Part shown: positions 8,624 to 19,253 of the stretch, one piece after another
How the letters are laid out: every line of letters begins with the position of its first letter
How positions within the stretch are numbered: position 1 is the first letter of the stretch
From: an uncultured virus (IMG/VR IMGVR_UViG_2576861739_000001)
Lineage: Duplodnaviria; Heunggongvirae; Uroviricota; Caudoviricetes
Strand: one strand, 5' to 3'
IMG/VR virus record: IMGVR_UViG_2576861739_000001
DNA length: 43,449 nt
Position numbers and translations under genes: made by a program
Notes under the pieces: generated by a model
The model's database searches: none
Told to the model about the DNA's origin: nothing
Seen by the model: only the letters and a program-made list of their open reading frames with translations

Positions 8624-9778
8624 TTACTGCACCTCTACCGTAGCCAGAGAGATAGACTGGACAGACTGCCCATCCATATAAAAGAACCGTGCCTGCACCG
8701 GCCCGCGCTTGGCCCGGGTGGCGGCAGATGCGGTGGAAGCACCGGGCAGCAGATACCACCCGCGTGTGGCCAGCGTATCTGCAATGCTGCGCCCTGCCTG
8801 TGCATTCACCACCTGCGCCTGTGCGGCAGAAAGTGCTACATTGGGCTGGATAGCGCCAAAAGCCACAGCTGTATCAATGGTGTTTTGCACGGCAGTGGCC
8901 AGCAGCGTATCACCCTGCACGGCATAGGGAATTTGCCCCACGGCAGAAAACAGCGTGAGCAGATCAGACTGGAAGGAGGATGTCATCCAGATCTGGTTCA
9001 GATAACTGTCTGCCCATGTAAACGCGCCGGATACGGCCCCGTTGTTGAGAAAACTGAATGTGGAATCCCCACTTTTATAGGACCCATAAAAGCTGTAGCC
9101 ATTTTGCAGCAAGGCCTGCGCCTGTGTGGCCGTAATATCCGCGGCACTCACGCCGCCATTGTTGCGGAACATCAGCGTGGTGCGCCCGGCATTGCGCTGC
9201 GGGTTTATGCTGGCTGCCCAGCCCAAACACAGGGCCGCAGCCAGTGTGCCGTTGCCATCCGTATTGCACAGGCATGTAAGCCCCGGCGTGGACTGCGCCA
9301 TAACGGTTCTGCCAAAACACATAGACTCTGCCTGCAAGATACTCGTCTCACTATCCTGCACAATGCCCCAGTAACGGTTGGGGTGTGTGGGCATCCATGC
9401 GGCAATGGCGGCTTTGGCCGTGGCGTCTGGCTCCTGCGCAAAGGCAAAGGCGCACCAATCTGCGCTGGCGGCGGCAGCGTTTGTAAGGGCTGCGGTGTAA
9501 TCCGTATCTTCCGGGGTGGCGGGCAATTGGTAAAAATACAGTGTTTGCGGCAGATCCTGCGCATTGGTGTAGCCTGCAAAATAAATACTGGCCATGCGGG
9601 CTTCCATACTTTCCGCGCCGCATGTGGCTGCCACTTCCGCCGCGGTTGTAAATGTGGAAAGGCCGGAAGAAAGCGCTGTGTTTGTAGAAAACACAAGCCC
9701 GTTCAGCAGGTTTGTGGTGCCCCCCGCCGCCAGCATACCCGGCGTGACAGACACAAGGGAAGAAACAGGAAGGATCAT
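8624..9778 (-). CDS. DUF3383 contractile tail sheath protein (short form)
   Basis: LVSVTPG.L.AGG, E..MASIYF.G, GRTTLMFR, WADSYLNQIW and FFYMDG.SVQSI motifs. Confidence 0.85.
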   Translation of the reverse strand: MILPVSSLVSVTPGMLAAGGTTNLLNGLVFSTNTALSSGLSTFTTAAEVAATCGAESMEARMASIYFAGYTNAQDLPQTLYFYQLPATPEDTDYTAALTNAAAASADWCAFAFAQEPDATAKAAIAAWMPTHPNRYWGIVQDSETSILQAESMCFGRTVMAQSTPGLTCLCNTDGNGTLAAALCLGWAASINPQRNAGRTTLMFRNNGGVSAADITATQAQALLQNGYSFYGSYKSGDSTFSFLNNGAVSGAFTWADSYLNQIWMTSSFQSDLLTLFSAVGQIPYAVQGDTLLATAVQNTIDTAVAFGAIQPNVALSAAQAQVVNAQAGRSIADTLATRGWYLLPGASTASAATRAKRGPVQARFFYMDGQSVQSISLATVEVQ

Positions 9779-9796
9779 GCAGGAAATACTCGCATT

Positions 9797-10335
9797 TCAA
9801 AGCCTGTCTGCGGCCACGCTGTGCACTGTGGCAGCGGTGGCTGTGGCGGCTGGCAGGGTAATGGAAAAAGTAAGCTGGCTGTGCAGGCTAAGCTGCCAAT
9901 GGGGTTCGTATTGCTGTTGCGCGTTAACATAAGGCAGACATTCGGCGTTATCTGCATACAAGGGGGCTAGGCGCGGAATGTCTTTTTGCTGTACCGCAAG
10001 GTTTGCAAAAAACGTGGTGCTCCATACATCGCGCCATAGGGTGAACAGCGTTTGTGCGGCATCTGCTGCCCCTGCGCCAAAAAGGCTGATCTGGGTGGCC
10101 AGTTGCTCCTGCCGCAACAGGGTGCAGCTTTGCGGCCCATAGCGTGTGCTGCCCGTGCCAATAAGCTGGCGAGAAAGCGGGATAATAAGCACCAGCATAT
10201 CCCGTGGCGGTGGCGTGCGGTTTTGCCGAGTTTGCAAAACGGTTGTGCCTGTAGGCAAAACTTCCAGCACAAAGGCACGCAGGGCAGCAAATAGCTGTGC
10301 CTCATCTGGCTGTTGCACGCTCTTGCTCTTGGTGC

Positions 10336-10339
<4 letters not shown>
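9797..10339 (-). CDS. Neck / tail terminator protein
   Basis: QNRTPPP, QISLFG, APLYAD and QQYE..W motifs; directly before the sheath; start set at ATG 10339. Confidence 0.7.
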
Positions 10340-11252
<913 letters not shown>

Positions 11253-11570
11253 TTACGCGGGCGTAATGCCGGGGGCTGGCGCTGCGGGGTTAAGCGGTTC
11301 CATACCCGTGCGCAGGCTGGCTTGTTCCTTGGCTTGGCCTGCGGCTTTTTCTGGCGTGGTCTGGGCAAAAATCAGCCCGGCTTCCAGTGGGGGAAAGCCT
11401 GCGTATTTTTGCGCCCATGCCTGCCAGAAATCTGCTGGCACGGGGGTAAGCCCATACCCGCCCGCTTTGGCCGTGCGTGCGCCTGCCAGCTCGTGCCGCT
11501 GGCCTGCCAGTTCCAGCACAAGCCCGTTGGGCAGTTTGCACCCAACGGTAACTGTTGATGATGTTGCCAT
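11253..11570 (-). CDS. Conserved small phage protein after the major capsid gene
   Basis: VTVGCKLPNGLVL..GYGLT.V..DFW.AW..GLIFA..TGMEPLNP pattern; position after the capsid. Confidence 0.65.
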   Translation of the reverse strand: MATSSTVTVGCKLPNGLVLELAGQRHELAGARTAKAGGYGLTPVPADFWQAWAQKYAGFPPLEAGLIFAQTTPEKAAGQAKEQASLRTGMEPLNPAAPAPGITPA

Positions 11571-11615
11571 GTGTTTTTCCGTTTTTATGTGTGCGTGCCC
11601 TGTGGGCTGTGTGTT

Positions 11616-12653
11616 TTACAGGCCGGTCATGGTGGCAATGCCTGCGGGCATGTAAATAACGGCTCCCCATGTGCCCTGGGAGAGCTTCTGCTTCCATGCC
11701 GAGGCCTCGGTAACCACAGCGTGGGCCCGCAGTTTTTCTGTAAACGCGGCTTCGGCGGTTTTTTGCACATCCACATGGTCCGCCATGATCTGCATGGTCT
11801 GCACACCATTGGCGGCGGCATCTCCATACTCCACAGCCTGCACAAAGCGCAGGTTGGGGTAGGTTTCTCGCAGCATGGTCAGGGCGGAAAGGCCAAAACT
11901 GTTGCGGCGTGTCAGCAAACCCATGCGGGTTGGGGCAAGGCCCAGCACCATTGGCGTATCCGTATCCACCAGCCCGGCCGTTTGTTTGCGTAGCTGGTTG
12001 ATAAGGGCAATTACGTCATCCTGCCGTTCTTCCGGGGTGGCGTTTTCCCACGCGGTGCCGCCTGCGGTTTTGGTGGCAGGCGTAATGGCGGCAGGCAGGC
12101 GCGGGTCATTCAGATACCCGTAAAGTTTCAGCCCACTGATACCAAAAAAGTATGTCTGGTTCTGAAACTTGTTCAACTTTAGGGCTGCGGCCTCTCGCAG
12201 GCTGGCGGCCCATTGCAGGCGTGCCTGCCCGGCCAGAGCCAGTTCCTGCTCACCCCACGCCACAAATACCTGATAATGGTAGGACTGGCGTTCGGGAAAA
12301 CTGGGGTTGAGGCTGACCGTGCCATTCTGGTTCCAATCCCCGTAGGAGGAAACCTGCCCTGCCGTTTCCAGCATGGGGAAGACGGCTGTTTTAGAAACCC
12401 AATCCCCCTTGCGTACCTCGCCCAGCAGTTCGGCGGCACGCATGGGGGCAAAAGCCACCTTGATAAGCCCCGTATCCACCCAGGCGGACATAAAGGCCGG
12501 AATACCGGCATTGGCAGTGGTGGAAAGCGCAGGCTGGGCATCCATCGCCATGGTGTCTGATACCAGATGTTCGGCGCCAATCAGGCCGCGCGCATCGGGC
12601 ACCACAAAGCCAAGGCGGTTGAGTTCCGCCAGTTCTGAATGAGAAGTCAGCAT
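11616..12653 (-). CDS. DUF2184 major capsid protein
   Basis: AMDAQPAL.T.AN.GIP, KGDW, YGDW, RQSYHYQ, LYG.LNDP and QGTWGAVIY.P motifs; start set at ATG 12653, coupled to the upstream stop. Confidence 0.9.
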   Translation of the reverse strand: MLTSHSELAELNRLGFVVPDARGLIGAEHLVSDTMAMDAQPALSTTANAGIPAFMSAWVDTGLIKVAFAPMRAAELLGEVRKGDWVSKTAVFPMLETAGQVSSYGDWNQNGTVSLNPSFPERQSYHYQVFVAWGEQELALAGQARLQWAASLREAAALKLNKFQNQTYFFGISGLKLYGYLNDPRLPAAITPATKTAGGTAWENATPEERQDDVIALINQLRKQTAGLVDTDTPMVLGLAPTRMGLLTRRNSFGLSALTMLRETYPNLRFVQAVEYGDAAANGVQTMQIMADHVDVQKTAEAAFTEKLRAHAVVTEASAWKQKLSQGTWGAVIYMPAGIATMTGL

Positions 12654-13153
12654 TATGCGTGCATCCATGTAGAAATCCGAACCAGCTCACCCGCAGCACC
12701 GGCGGAAGCTACAAAAAACCCTGTGGCCACCGCACCTGTTACAGAACTGCCTGTGGCGGCGGTGCTGATGGTGCCATCACTCAAACTGGCAAAAACGGCC
12801 TGCCCCGGCGTGGCCTGCGTGGTGGGCTGCACCCAAAAATCCCCCGCCGTAAACAGCGTTACGGGAAAGCCCTGCGGAATAACCATGCTTTCCGATGCCG
12901 TAAAATCCGTGATCTGGGCAGTCAGATCCCGATGCACAAAGCCATCGGGCGCGGCAGTGCTGCCAGATGGCGGCATGTTGGCCACACTTACGCCATCGGG
13001 CTGCACCCAGCCAAAGGCAGCCACCGTGCAGCCACCCGCAGCCGCCACCAATGCGCCCTCACCCGCCGGAAAGGTGGCCGTGGGGTTGAGGGATGCAAAA
13101 TCACCCGGCACAGCAGGCGCTGGCTGGATGTTGACCTGATTTTGAAAAGACAT
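12653..13153 (-). CDS. Head decoration / cement protein
   Basis: FQ.QVN.QPAPAV.GDFAS.NP, GFVHR and VTL..AGDFW motifs; between protease and capsid. Confidence 0.75.
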   Translation of the reverse strand: MSFQNQVNIQPAPAVPGDFASLNPTATFPAGEGALVAAAGGCTVAAFGWVQPDGVSVANMPPSGSTAAPDGFVHRDLTAQITDFTASESMVIPQGFPVTLFTAGDFWVQPTTQATPGQAVFASLSDGTISTAATGSSVTGAVATGFFVASAGAAGELVRISTWMHA

Positions 13154-13190
13154 TTACCTGCCTTGTATCATGCAAAAATAAAAAAGGCTT

Positions 13191-14192
13191 TCAGCCGCGC
13201 ACGCCAATGCGTTCCAGCCCAAAGCGCTGCCGAAAGCCCTGTGTGGCCGCAGTATCCTGCCCCATTACGGGGGCCGTGCCACCAGCACGCGGCTGCATGC
13301 GCGCAAAGCTTTCAAACAGCGGCTTTAGCCCCTGTTCAGGCACGCCCGTGACATCAATGCCTGCTTCCTTTAAGGCAAAACCGTAAACGGCGGGGGCGCT
13401 ATCCATCGCCACATCGCCCACAAAGGGGCGCACGGCGGCGCGGGCTGTGTGCAGGTCTGCCATCTGGCGCACGGTACGTTCTTCCGCCTGCTGCACGGCC
13501 TGGGCAATGGCGGCATCCATGGCCGCAACGGTAATGGGCGTTTGATCAGGCATGGCCTGAAAGCTCCTGTTGTTAAAAGGCATGTTGGGGTTTGGTGCGG
13601 CATCACCAATAATGGCGGCAGGCACACGAGGCTGAGCCACAAGGGCCAGATGGTTAAAGGCAATATCCGCCATTATCAGCGTATAGGGGGTGCCCATATA
13701 GGTGCCCGCCTGCCTGATGGCCGTGTACCGATACCCGGCAGAAACCGCACGCTGTGTGCCGTTTTCTATGGCCGCAATGGTTGAGGCATCCCATATCGTC
13801 AGGCTGCCTGTCAGGTTGGGTGGGGTAAAGCGTACATCGCTGCCCACCGCGCCAACGGTTATGCTGGCTGGGTGATCCTGCGCGCTTACGGGGGTATGCT
13901 GCATAAGCACCGGTTTGCCGCACAGGCTGGGGGCGGCGCGCATAAGTGCATCTGGCGGGCGAAAAACGCTGTAAACGCCATCATCTTTCAGGCCCAGCGC
14001 AGCGGCTCCCGGTATTTCGCGCCCATAATAGGGGCTAACGGTTGCGGCGGAGAGAATGCAGTGTGCAATGTGCAAATGCCCATCTGCATCCACCCGGCGC
14101 ACGCTGGCCCTGTCCAGCGCCAAAGGCTGCGTATCGGGCGCAACAGCAGCGTGCGGGCTGGCGCGGGCCTGCCCGGTATTGCGTGTGTTCAT
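13191..14192 (-). CDS. DUF2213 prohead protease/scaffold
   Basis: DADGHLH..A.VSPYYGREIP, GKPVLMQH, VSAGYRY and NHLALV motifs; helical C-terminal scaffold region. Confidence 0.9.
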   Translation of the reverse strand: MNTRNTGQARASPHAAVAPDTQPLALDRASVRRVDADGHLHIAHCILSAATVSPYYGREIPGAAALGLKDDGVYSVFRPPDALMRAAPSLCGKPVLMQHTPVSAQDHPASITVGAVGSDVRFTPPNLTGSLTIWDASTIAAIENGTQRAVSAGYRYTAIRQAGTYMGTPYTLIMADIAFNHLALVAQPRVPAAIIGDAAPNPNMPFNNRSFQAMPDQTPITVAAMDAAIAQAVQQAEERTVRQMADLHTARAAVRPFVGDVAMDSAPAVYGFALKEAGIDVTGVPEQGLKPLFESFARMQPRAGGTAPVMGQDTAATQGFRQRFGLERIGVRG

Positions 14193-15568
14193 GGTGGCGT
14201 ACTCTGTTTTTTGGCGTCTATATCCGCCTGTTCGGCCTCATCCATCTGCCAGAGCGGGCGGAAGGTGAACGTAATGTCCGTATCCACCGCGCCCCACAGG
14301 TTCAGCATCACCATGTGCAGAATGTGCGTAAGGTTGGGGCGCAGGAAGGATTCCTGATAAGCGCTGATCCGATCATAAAAAACCCGGATCTCGCCATCAG
14401 CCGAGGCATTCAGCCCGGAAGGGGAAATACCGGCAAACTTTACCAGCGGCTGTTGTGCCACGGTGCAGATCTGCTCCAGCGCCTGTGCCTGCAAACTGTC
14501 CAGCCCGGAAAGGGGCGCGGCCAGAAGTTCCAGCTTTTCGCGCTCCTTATCCAGCACAAACGTGCCCCGGTTGGAACGAAAGCGGTTAAACGCCTCCACC
14601 CGCGCCAAAAGTCCTTCGGGGTCCTGCGCATAGGCCGCCATATCGGTGGACAGCGCGACAATGGAAAACGCATTCAGCAAATCCGAAACACTCTGGCGCG
14701 TGCGCAACCAGTTTTCCACATAGGGCCGCGCCATTTGCGTAAGGGAAACACCGCCGAAGTTATAAGCGGGTTTAAGAATATCCGGCACCTCCCGCGCGCA
14801 AAACCGCAACAGGCGCGTAGCGTGCAACAGCGTGCCCTGCACCCACCAGCTTTGCGGTTTGTAAAAGGCAGGGTGCAGCGGGTTTACGGTTTCATACATG
14901 GCGGGGGTTGTCCACACCGGTTCCACCGGCACCAGTGCGCGCAAACTGCCTTTGCGGAAGGTTTCTGGCCGCAACAGCAAGGGCGATGCCAAACCACCCG
15001 CCACGGGGGAAAGCCTGGTATCTACATACAGCAGGCCCATGCCGTAATGGCCGTCCATTTCCGCCATGCGGCGCAGCACATCGCGCACATTCAGGCGGGT
15101 AAACTCGGCCTCCAACTGGTTAATGCGGTCTGCCTTGCCCGCCCCCTGCCCGGAGCGAGAGGTAAACACCAGCCATTGCCGCGTGGCCTCGGTGGCAATG
15201 GTGTCCACCATGTGCCGGTATTCCGCCCGCTGGGCCATTTCCGCCAGCCGCGCATAACCGGGAAACACCACCCCATCCGCCACGGCATTGCGCAGCCAGT
15301 CCAGCAAACCGGGGGCGTTTTGCGCAGCGGCACTATCCATGGCCAGCGGGGCGGTGCTGCCATTGGCCCGCACCCCGCGCGGGGGCCGATACGGTGCAAA
15401 CACATCTGCCCGCGCCACGGCTGCCGGGGCCACCTTGGCCACATCTGCGGCAAAGGTGCCTTGGGGTAGCATCGGCTCCTTACGCGGCAGGGGCACAGGG
15501 GCATGCCGCCCGCGCAAACGCTGCCACCACCCCAGCCGAGCGCGGGAAGAAAAAGACAAACCAGACAT
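14189..15568 (-). CDS. DUF1073 portal protein
   Basis: FPGY..LAE.AQRAEYR, FYKP..WWV, LKPAYNFGGVSL.Q, GISPSGLNAS.DGEIRVFYD and F.F.PLW motifs; start uncertain, ATG 15568 chosen. Confidence 0.85.
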   Translation of the reverse strand: MSGLSFSSRARLGWWQRLRGRHAPVPLPRKEPMLPQGTFAADVAKVAPAAVARADVFAPYRPPRGVRANGSTAPLAMDSAAAQNAPGLLDWLRNAVADGVVFPGYARLAEMAQRAEYRHMVDTIATEATRQWLVFTSRSGQGAGKADRINQLEAEFTRLNVRDVLRRMAEMDGHYGMGLLYVDTRLSPVAGGLASPLLLRPETFRKGSLRALVPVEPVWTTPAMYETVNPLHPAFYKPQSWWVQGTLLHATRLLRFCAREVPDILKPAYNFGGVSLTQMARPYVENWLRTRQSVSDLLNAFSIVALSTDMAAYAQDPEGLLARVEAFNRFRSNRGTFVLDKEREKLELLAAPLSGLDSLQAQALEQICTVAQQPLVKFAGISPSGLNASADGEIRVFYDRISAYQESFLRPNLTHILHMVMLNLWGAVDTDITFTFRPLWQMDEAEQADIDAKKQSTPP

Positions 15569-15726
15569 ACCCTGCCCTTTGTTGAAAATTGGAAAAAAAC
15601 TTGTCTGCCCCCGCTGCGGGCGGGTAAATGGGCGGCATTGAAATGCAACCTGATTGCGGTGCTGTAAGCCGTGGCGCGGAACGGATGATCTGCAATCACC
15701 CAACAGGCCCAAGGAACTTGCCGAGC

Positions 15727-16779
15727 ATGACTGCCCAGCCCTCTGCCCCCACGCCCGATACCCAAAACGCAGCCCTGCCCATTTGCGTGGCGGCCCTTTA
15801 CCGCTTTACCCCATTTGCAAACCCGGCTGATCTGCGCGGGCCGTTGCAGGATGTGTGCACCGCCAACGGGGTAAAGGGCATTCTGCTTTTGGCATCCGAG
15901 GGCATTAACGGCACCATTGCAGGCACAGATGCCGGTATTGAGGCCGTGCTGGCGCATATCCGCACCCTGCCCGGCTGCGCGGATATTGAGGTCAAGTTCT
16001 CCCGCGCGCCAGAAATGCCCTTCCTGCGCATGAAGGTGCGGCTGAAAAAGGAAATTGTCACAATGGGTGTGGAGGGCACAGACCCCAACCACATTGTAGG
16101 CACCTACGTACCCCCCACAGAATGGAACGACCTGTTAAAAGACCCCGACACCATTCTGATAGACACGCGCAATGATTACGAAGTGGCCGTGGGCACGTTT
16201 GAAGGTGCGATAGACCCGCAGATTAAAACCTTTCGGGAATTTCCTGCATGGTTCCGCCAGCACCGTGAGGAGCTTCTGGCAAAGGGCCGCAAGCCGCGTG
16301 TGGCCATGTTCTGCACCGGGGGCATTCGGTGCGAAAAATCCACCGCCTTTGCCAAGGCCGAAGGGCTGGATGAGGTGTACCATCTGCAAGGGGGTATCCT
16401 GAAGTATCTGGAAACCGTGCCAGAGGAAGAAAGCCTGTGGCGGGGTGAATGTTTTGTGTTCGACCAGCGCGTAACAGTCGGCCACGGCCTTAAACCCGGT
16501 GAGTTGGAACTGTGCCACGCCTGCCGCACGCCCATTACGGCGGAAGACAAGGCCAGCCCCAAGTTTGAAACCGGCGTATCCTGCCCGCACTGCTACGGCC
16601 AGTGGGACGAGGCCCGCCGCGCTCGCCATGCGGAGCGTGAACGCCAGGCCCGTTTAGCCGAACAGCGTGGCGAGGCCCACTTGGGCGCCAACATGGCGGA
16701 AGAACGCGCCCGCAAACGCCAGCAGCGCGAGGAAGAAAAGCGCCGCCAGCAAGCCTTGCGCCAGCAGCACACGCCCTAA
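15727..16779 (+). CDS. trhO: tRNA uridine(34) hydroxylase TrhO (rhodanese-related, UPF0176)
   Basis: [64 protein letters not shown] and GECFVFDQR motifs; start set at ATG 15727. Confidence 0.93.
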   Translation: MTAQPSAPTPDTQNAALPICVAALYRFTPFANPADLRGPLQDVCTANGVKGILLLASEGINGTIAGTDAGIEAVLAHIRTLPGCADIEVKFSRAPEMPFLRMKVRLKKEIVTMGVEGTDPNHIVGTYVPPTEWNDLLKDPDTILIDTRNDYEVAVGTFEGAIDPQIKTFREFPAWFRQHREELLAKGRKPRVAMFCTGGIRCEKSTAFAKAEGLDEVYHLQGGILKYLETVPEEESLWRGECFVFDQRVTVGHGLKPGELELCHACRTPITAEDKASPKFETGVSCPHCYGQWDEARRARHAERERQARLAEQRGEAHLGANMAEERARKRQQREEEKRRQQALRQQHTP

Positions 16780-18230
16780 ATCCGGGCCAGAAAATCCGGC
16801 CCAAAGCGCGGCAGGGGGTGCACCTCTGCCAGTGCGGCAAAAGCACCGGATGCAGCGTCCACCTGGTCATCATGCATGGCGGCGGGAAAAGCCGCCAGTT
16901 CCTCCATAAACGCATGCACCCACGGGGCGCGTAGCAGCAGCACGTTGCCAGCATTTACCTGCGCGGCAAACGGGGCTGCGCGGGTGGCTTTATCTCCTGT
17001 TTCACGCACGCAGCGCACCTTGTAACCGGCCAGCCTGCCGGTGAGGTACCGCGCCTGCGCCACACCGGCCTGCCCGGGGTCTTGCGGCAGCACAATGTCC
17101 ACCCCCACACCATCACGCGCGGCGGTGGCCAGCAAGGCGGCTTCTACCTGTGCGGGGTCTCCACGCAGGCGGGTAATGTCCGCCACCACAAAGCGCCCAT
17201 CTGGCAGGTGGTGCATTTTTACGCCCACTGTCCAGTCCGGGTTGTTGCTGCCGGTCTGGCGGGTGGCGGCAAGGTCCCACCTCCGCACGGCGGGGCCGGA
17301 TGCTGCGGGCAGTGCCTCCTGCACCCCCAGCATGTGGGTGTGGAACAGATTGCCAGAAAGCGGCACCGGGTTTTGCTGGTACAGTGCGGCCCATTCCCGC
17401 TCCCCCACGGCCTGACGTATCCGCGCAAGTTCCGCCGTATCAAACGCCTGCGGCCATAGCGCCTGCCCCGGTATGCGGCCCAGTGCATCGGGTGCGGTGG
17501 CCAGGGCGGGCAGGTCCAGCACATGCCATGCCTCGCCCGTTTTGTTCTGCATATCATCCAGCAGGCGGCCTGCCAGATCATCCATGCTCCAGCGCGTCAT
17601 CACCAGCACAATGGCGCCGCCGGGCATCAGGCGGGTGCGCAGCACGGCGCGGTACCAGTCCAGCACAGCGGCACGGCGGGCGGGGCTTTCGGCCTCCTGC
17701 CTGTCCTTTACGGGGTCATCTATAATGGCCAGATGCGCGCCACGGCCCGTTAGCCCGCCGCCCACACCCATGCCGGTGTACCCTCCACCCTGTGCGGTGT
17801 GCCATACATCACGCGCGCTGCTATCTGCCGCCAACTTTGTTGCGGAAAACAACGCCCCATAGCGGGAGGACGCCACAATATTGCGCACATCGCGCCCAAA
17901 ATCCTGCGCCAGCGTGGCCCCGTAAGAGGCCCCGATAATCTGCCGCCTGGGGTGCCGCCCCAGATACCATGCGGGAAAGCGGCGAGATGTCAGCTCCGAT
18001 TTTCCGTGCCGGGGCGGCATAAACACCATCAGCCGCGTAATACGCCCGGCCTCCACCTGCTCCAGCGTGCGGGCCAGCAGGGCATGATGTGCGCCTGCTT
18101 TGTAATCTGGCAGCGTATAGCGGGCAAAATCCAGAACATGCTGGCGTGCGGCTTGCCTGCGTGCCAGTTCTGCCCGCGCCACCCGGCCCGCCTGCATGAT
18201 ACGTGCAGGTTGAGGCAAGGAATGCCGCAT
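16776..18230 (-). CDS. terL: Terminase large subunit
   Basis: Walker A MPPRHGKS, Walker [13 protein letters not shown] coupling motif, nuclease WDLA and HDDQVDA, all intact. Confidence 0.95.
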   Translation of the reverse strand: MRHSLPQPARIMQAGRVARAELARRQAARQHVLDFARYTLPDYKAGAHHALLARTLEQVEAGRITRLMVFMPPRHGKSELTSRRFPAWYLGRHPRRQIIGASYGATLAQDFGRDVRNIVASSRYGALFSATKLAADSSARDVWHTAQGGGYTGMGVGGGLTGRGAHLAIIDDPVKDRQEAESPARRAAVLDWYRAVLRTRLMPGGAIVLVMTRWSMDDLAGRLLDDMQNKTGEAWHVLDLPALATAPDALGRIPGQALWPQAFDTAELARIRQAVGEREWAALYQQNPVPLSGNLFHTHMLGVQEALPAASGPAVRRWDLAATRQTGSNNPDWTVGVKMHHLPDGRFVVADITRLRGDPAQVEAALLATAARDGVGVDIVLPQDPGQAGVAQARYLTGRLAGYKVRCVRETGDKATRAAPFAAQVNAGNVLLLRAPWVHAFMEELAAFPAAMHDDQVDAASGAFAALAEVHPLPRFGPDFLARI

Positions 18231-18287
18231 AAAGCCCCCTGAACATCATAAGAAAAAACACTTTCTGGCAGGGTTGCCCGCGCCTGT

Positions 18288-18638
18288 TCAGCGCCCTTCG
18301 CTTTCCGGCGTCTGGCCTGCGGCTGCCTGCGCCCCATGTTGCGGCGGCACGTTGTTTTCCTGCGCAAGAGCGGCCAGCTCCTCATCCGTAAAGGCATCGG
18401 CGCTGCAGCGTGGTTGGGCATCTGCGGCAAGCCCCGCAAGTTTAGGGTGCATGTAGGGGGCAGCCACCTTTGCGGCATCAAACTGGCGCTCTGTTATACT
18501 TTCATCCCCCTGCATGATGCGGATAAAGATATCCAGCGGCGTTACGGCCCGTGTACTGCGCCGCCTGCGGCGTGGCGGCGGCTCCAAAGCTGATGGCCCG
18601 GATACGCCCGGCGCGGGTGCTGGTGTCTTGCGTGGCAT
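18288..18638 (-). CDS. Terminase small subunit-like protein
   Basis: TPLD.FIRIM...RQFDAAKVAAPYMHPKL pattern typical of small proteins preceding TerL; start set at ATG 18638. Confidence 0.65.
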   Translation of the reverse strand: MPRKTPAPAPGVSGPSALEPPPRRRRRSTRAVTPLDIFIRIMQGDESITERQFDAAKVAAPYMHPKLAGLAADAQPRCSADAFTDEELAALAQENNVPPQHGAQAAAGQTPESEGR

Positions 18639-19050
18639 GGGCGCCCCCACTGTGCGGGTTATCAAAAAAACGGCTGCACCGCGTATTTGCGCGGCGCGTG
18701 ATGGTGGCAAAGAGGTGGCCTGTTTCATCCCTGTGGCGGCGCAGCTCCTGCACAAGAGTGGTGAGCATGCGCTGGCGTAGGGGGCTGTTCAGCCAGCCTA
18801 CACCATGCAGCCCCGCCACATTGGCCCGCCATACGGGGCGGCAGCGCAGCACGGCCTGCGCGGGGCAGCCCAGTTGCAGCGCCTGCACCCAACCTATGCA
18901 GATATCCGCCCGATGGTGATGGCGAGGCACGCATACCAGTGGGCACACAACAACACCCGCCCCCACCGGCTGCGCCACAACCCACCAGCACCGTGCGCCG
19001 CGCAGCACTTTGCCACACGCCGCCTGTGCCATGCGCGTTGCTATGGGCAT
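18502..19050 (-). CDS. Hypothetical protein, possible degenerate PemK/MazF-like fold
   Basis: AAGGA RBS before ATG 19050; VVVCPL..HRADI.I..LG...AVLRC..VG.L pattern; last 137 nt overlap the TerS-like gene. Confidence 0.45.
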   Translation of the reverse strand: MPIATRMAQAACGKVLRGARCWWVVAQPVGAGVVVCPLVCVPRHHHRADICIGWVQALQLGCPAQAVLRCRPVWRANVAGLHGVGWLNSPLRQRMLTTLVQELRRHRDETGHLFATITRRANTRCSRFFDNPHSGGAHATQDTSTRAGRIRAISFGAAATPQAAQYTGRNAAGYLYPHHAGG

Positions 19051-19253
19051 ACGGAATTTCCTTGGCTTTTTACAATTTTCGGGATGATGAGCAGGAATTA
19101 GAATTGACCACGCAGCCTGTCAAAACCCGATGATCTGCGATGTGAACACGCAGTTAAGAACCAATAACAATCAGGACTGGCAAATATGGCGGACGCTGAT
19201 ATAGTGCGCCGCGCGTGACAAAATACTTTGGCAAACTGCGTGATGGGGAGGTC

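Noticed and set aside
14189..15568. Anti-CBASS Acb1 label that DUF1073 proteins sometimes receive
   Set aside because: Size, motifs and position between TerL and the prohead protease indicate a portal; I see no paired HxT/S phosphodiesterase motifs.
19140..19170. CtrA or LexA box upstream of the first cluster (GTTAAGAACCAATAAC; two GAAC)
   Set aside because: Half-site spacing fits neither TTAA-N7-TTAA nor GAAC-N7-GAAC.
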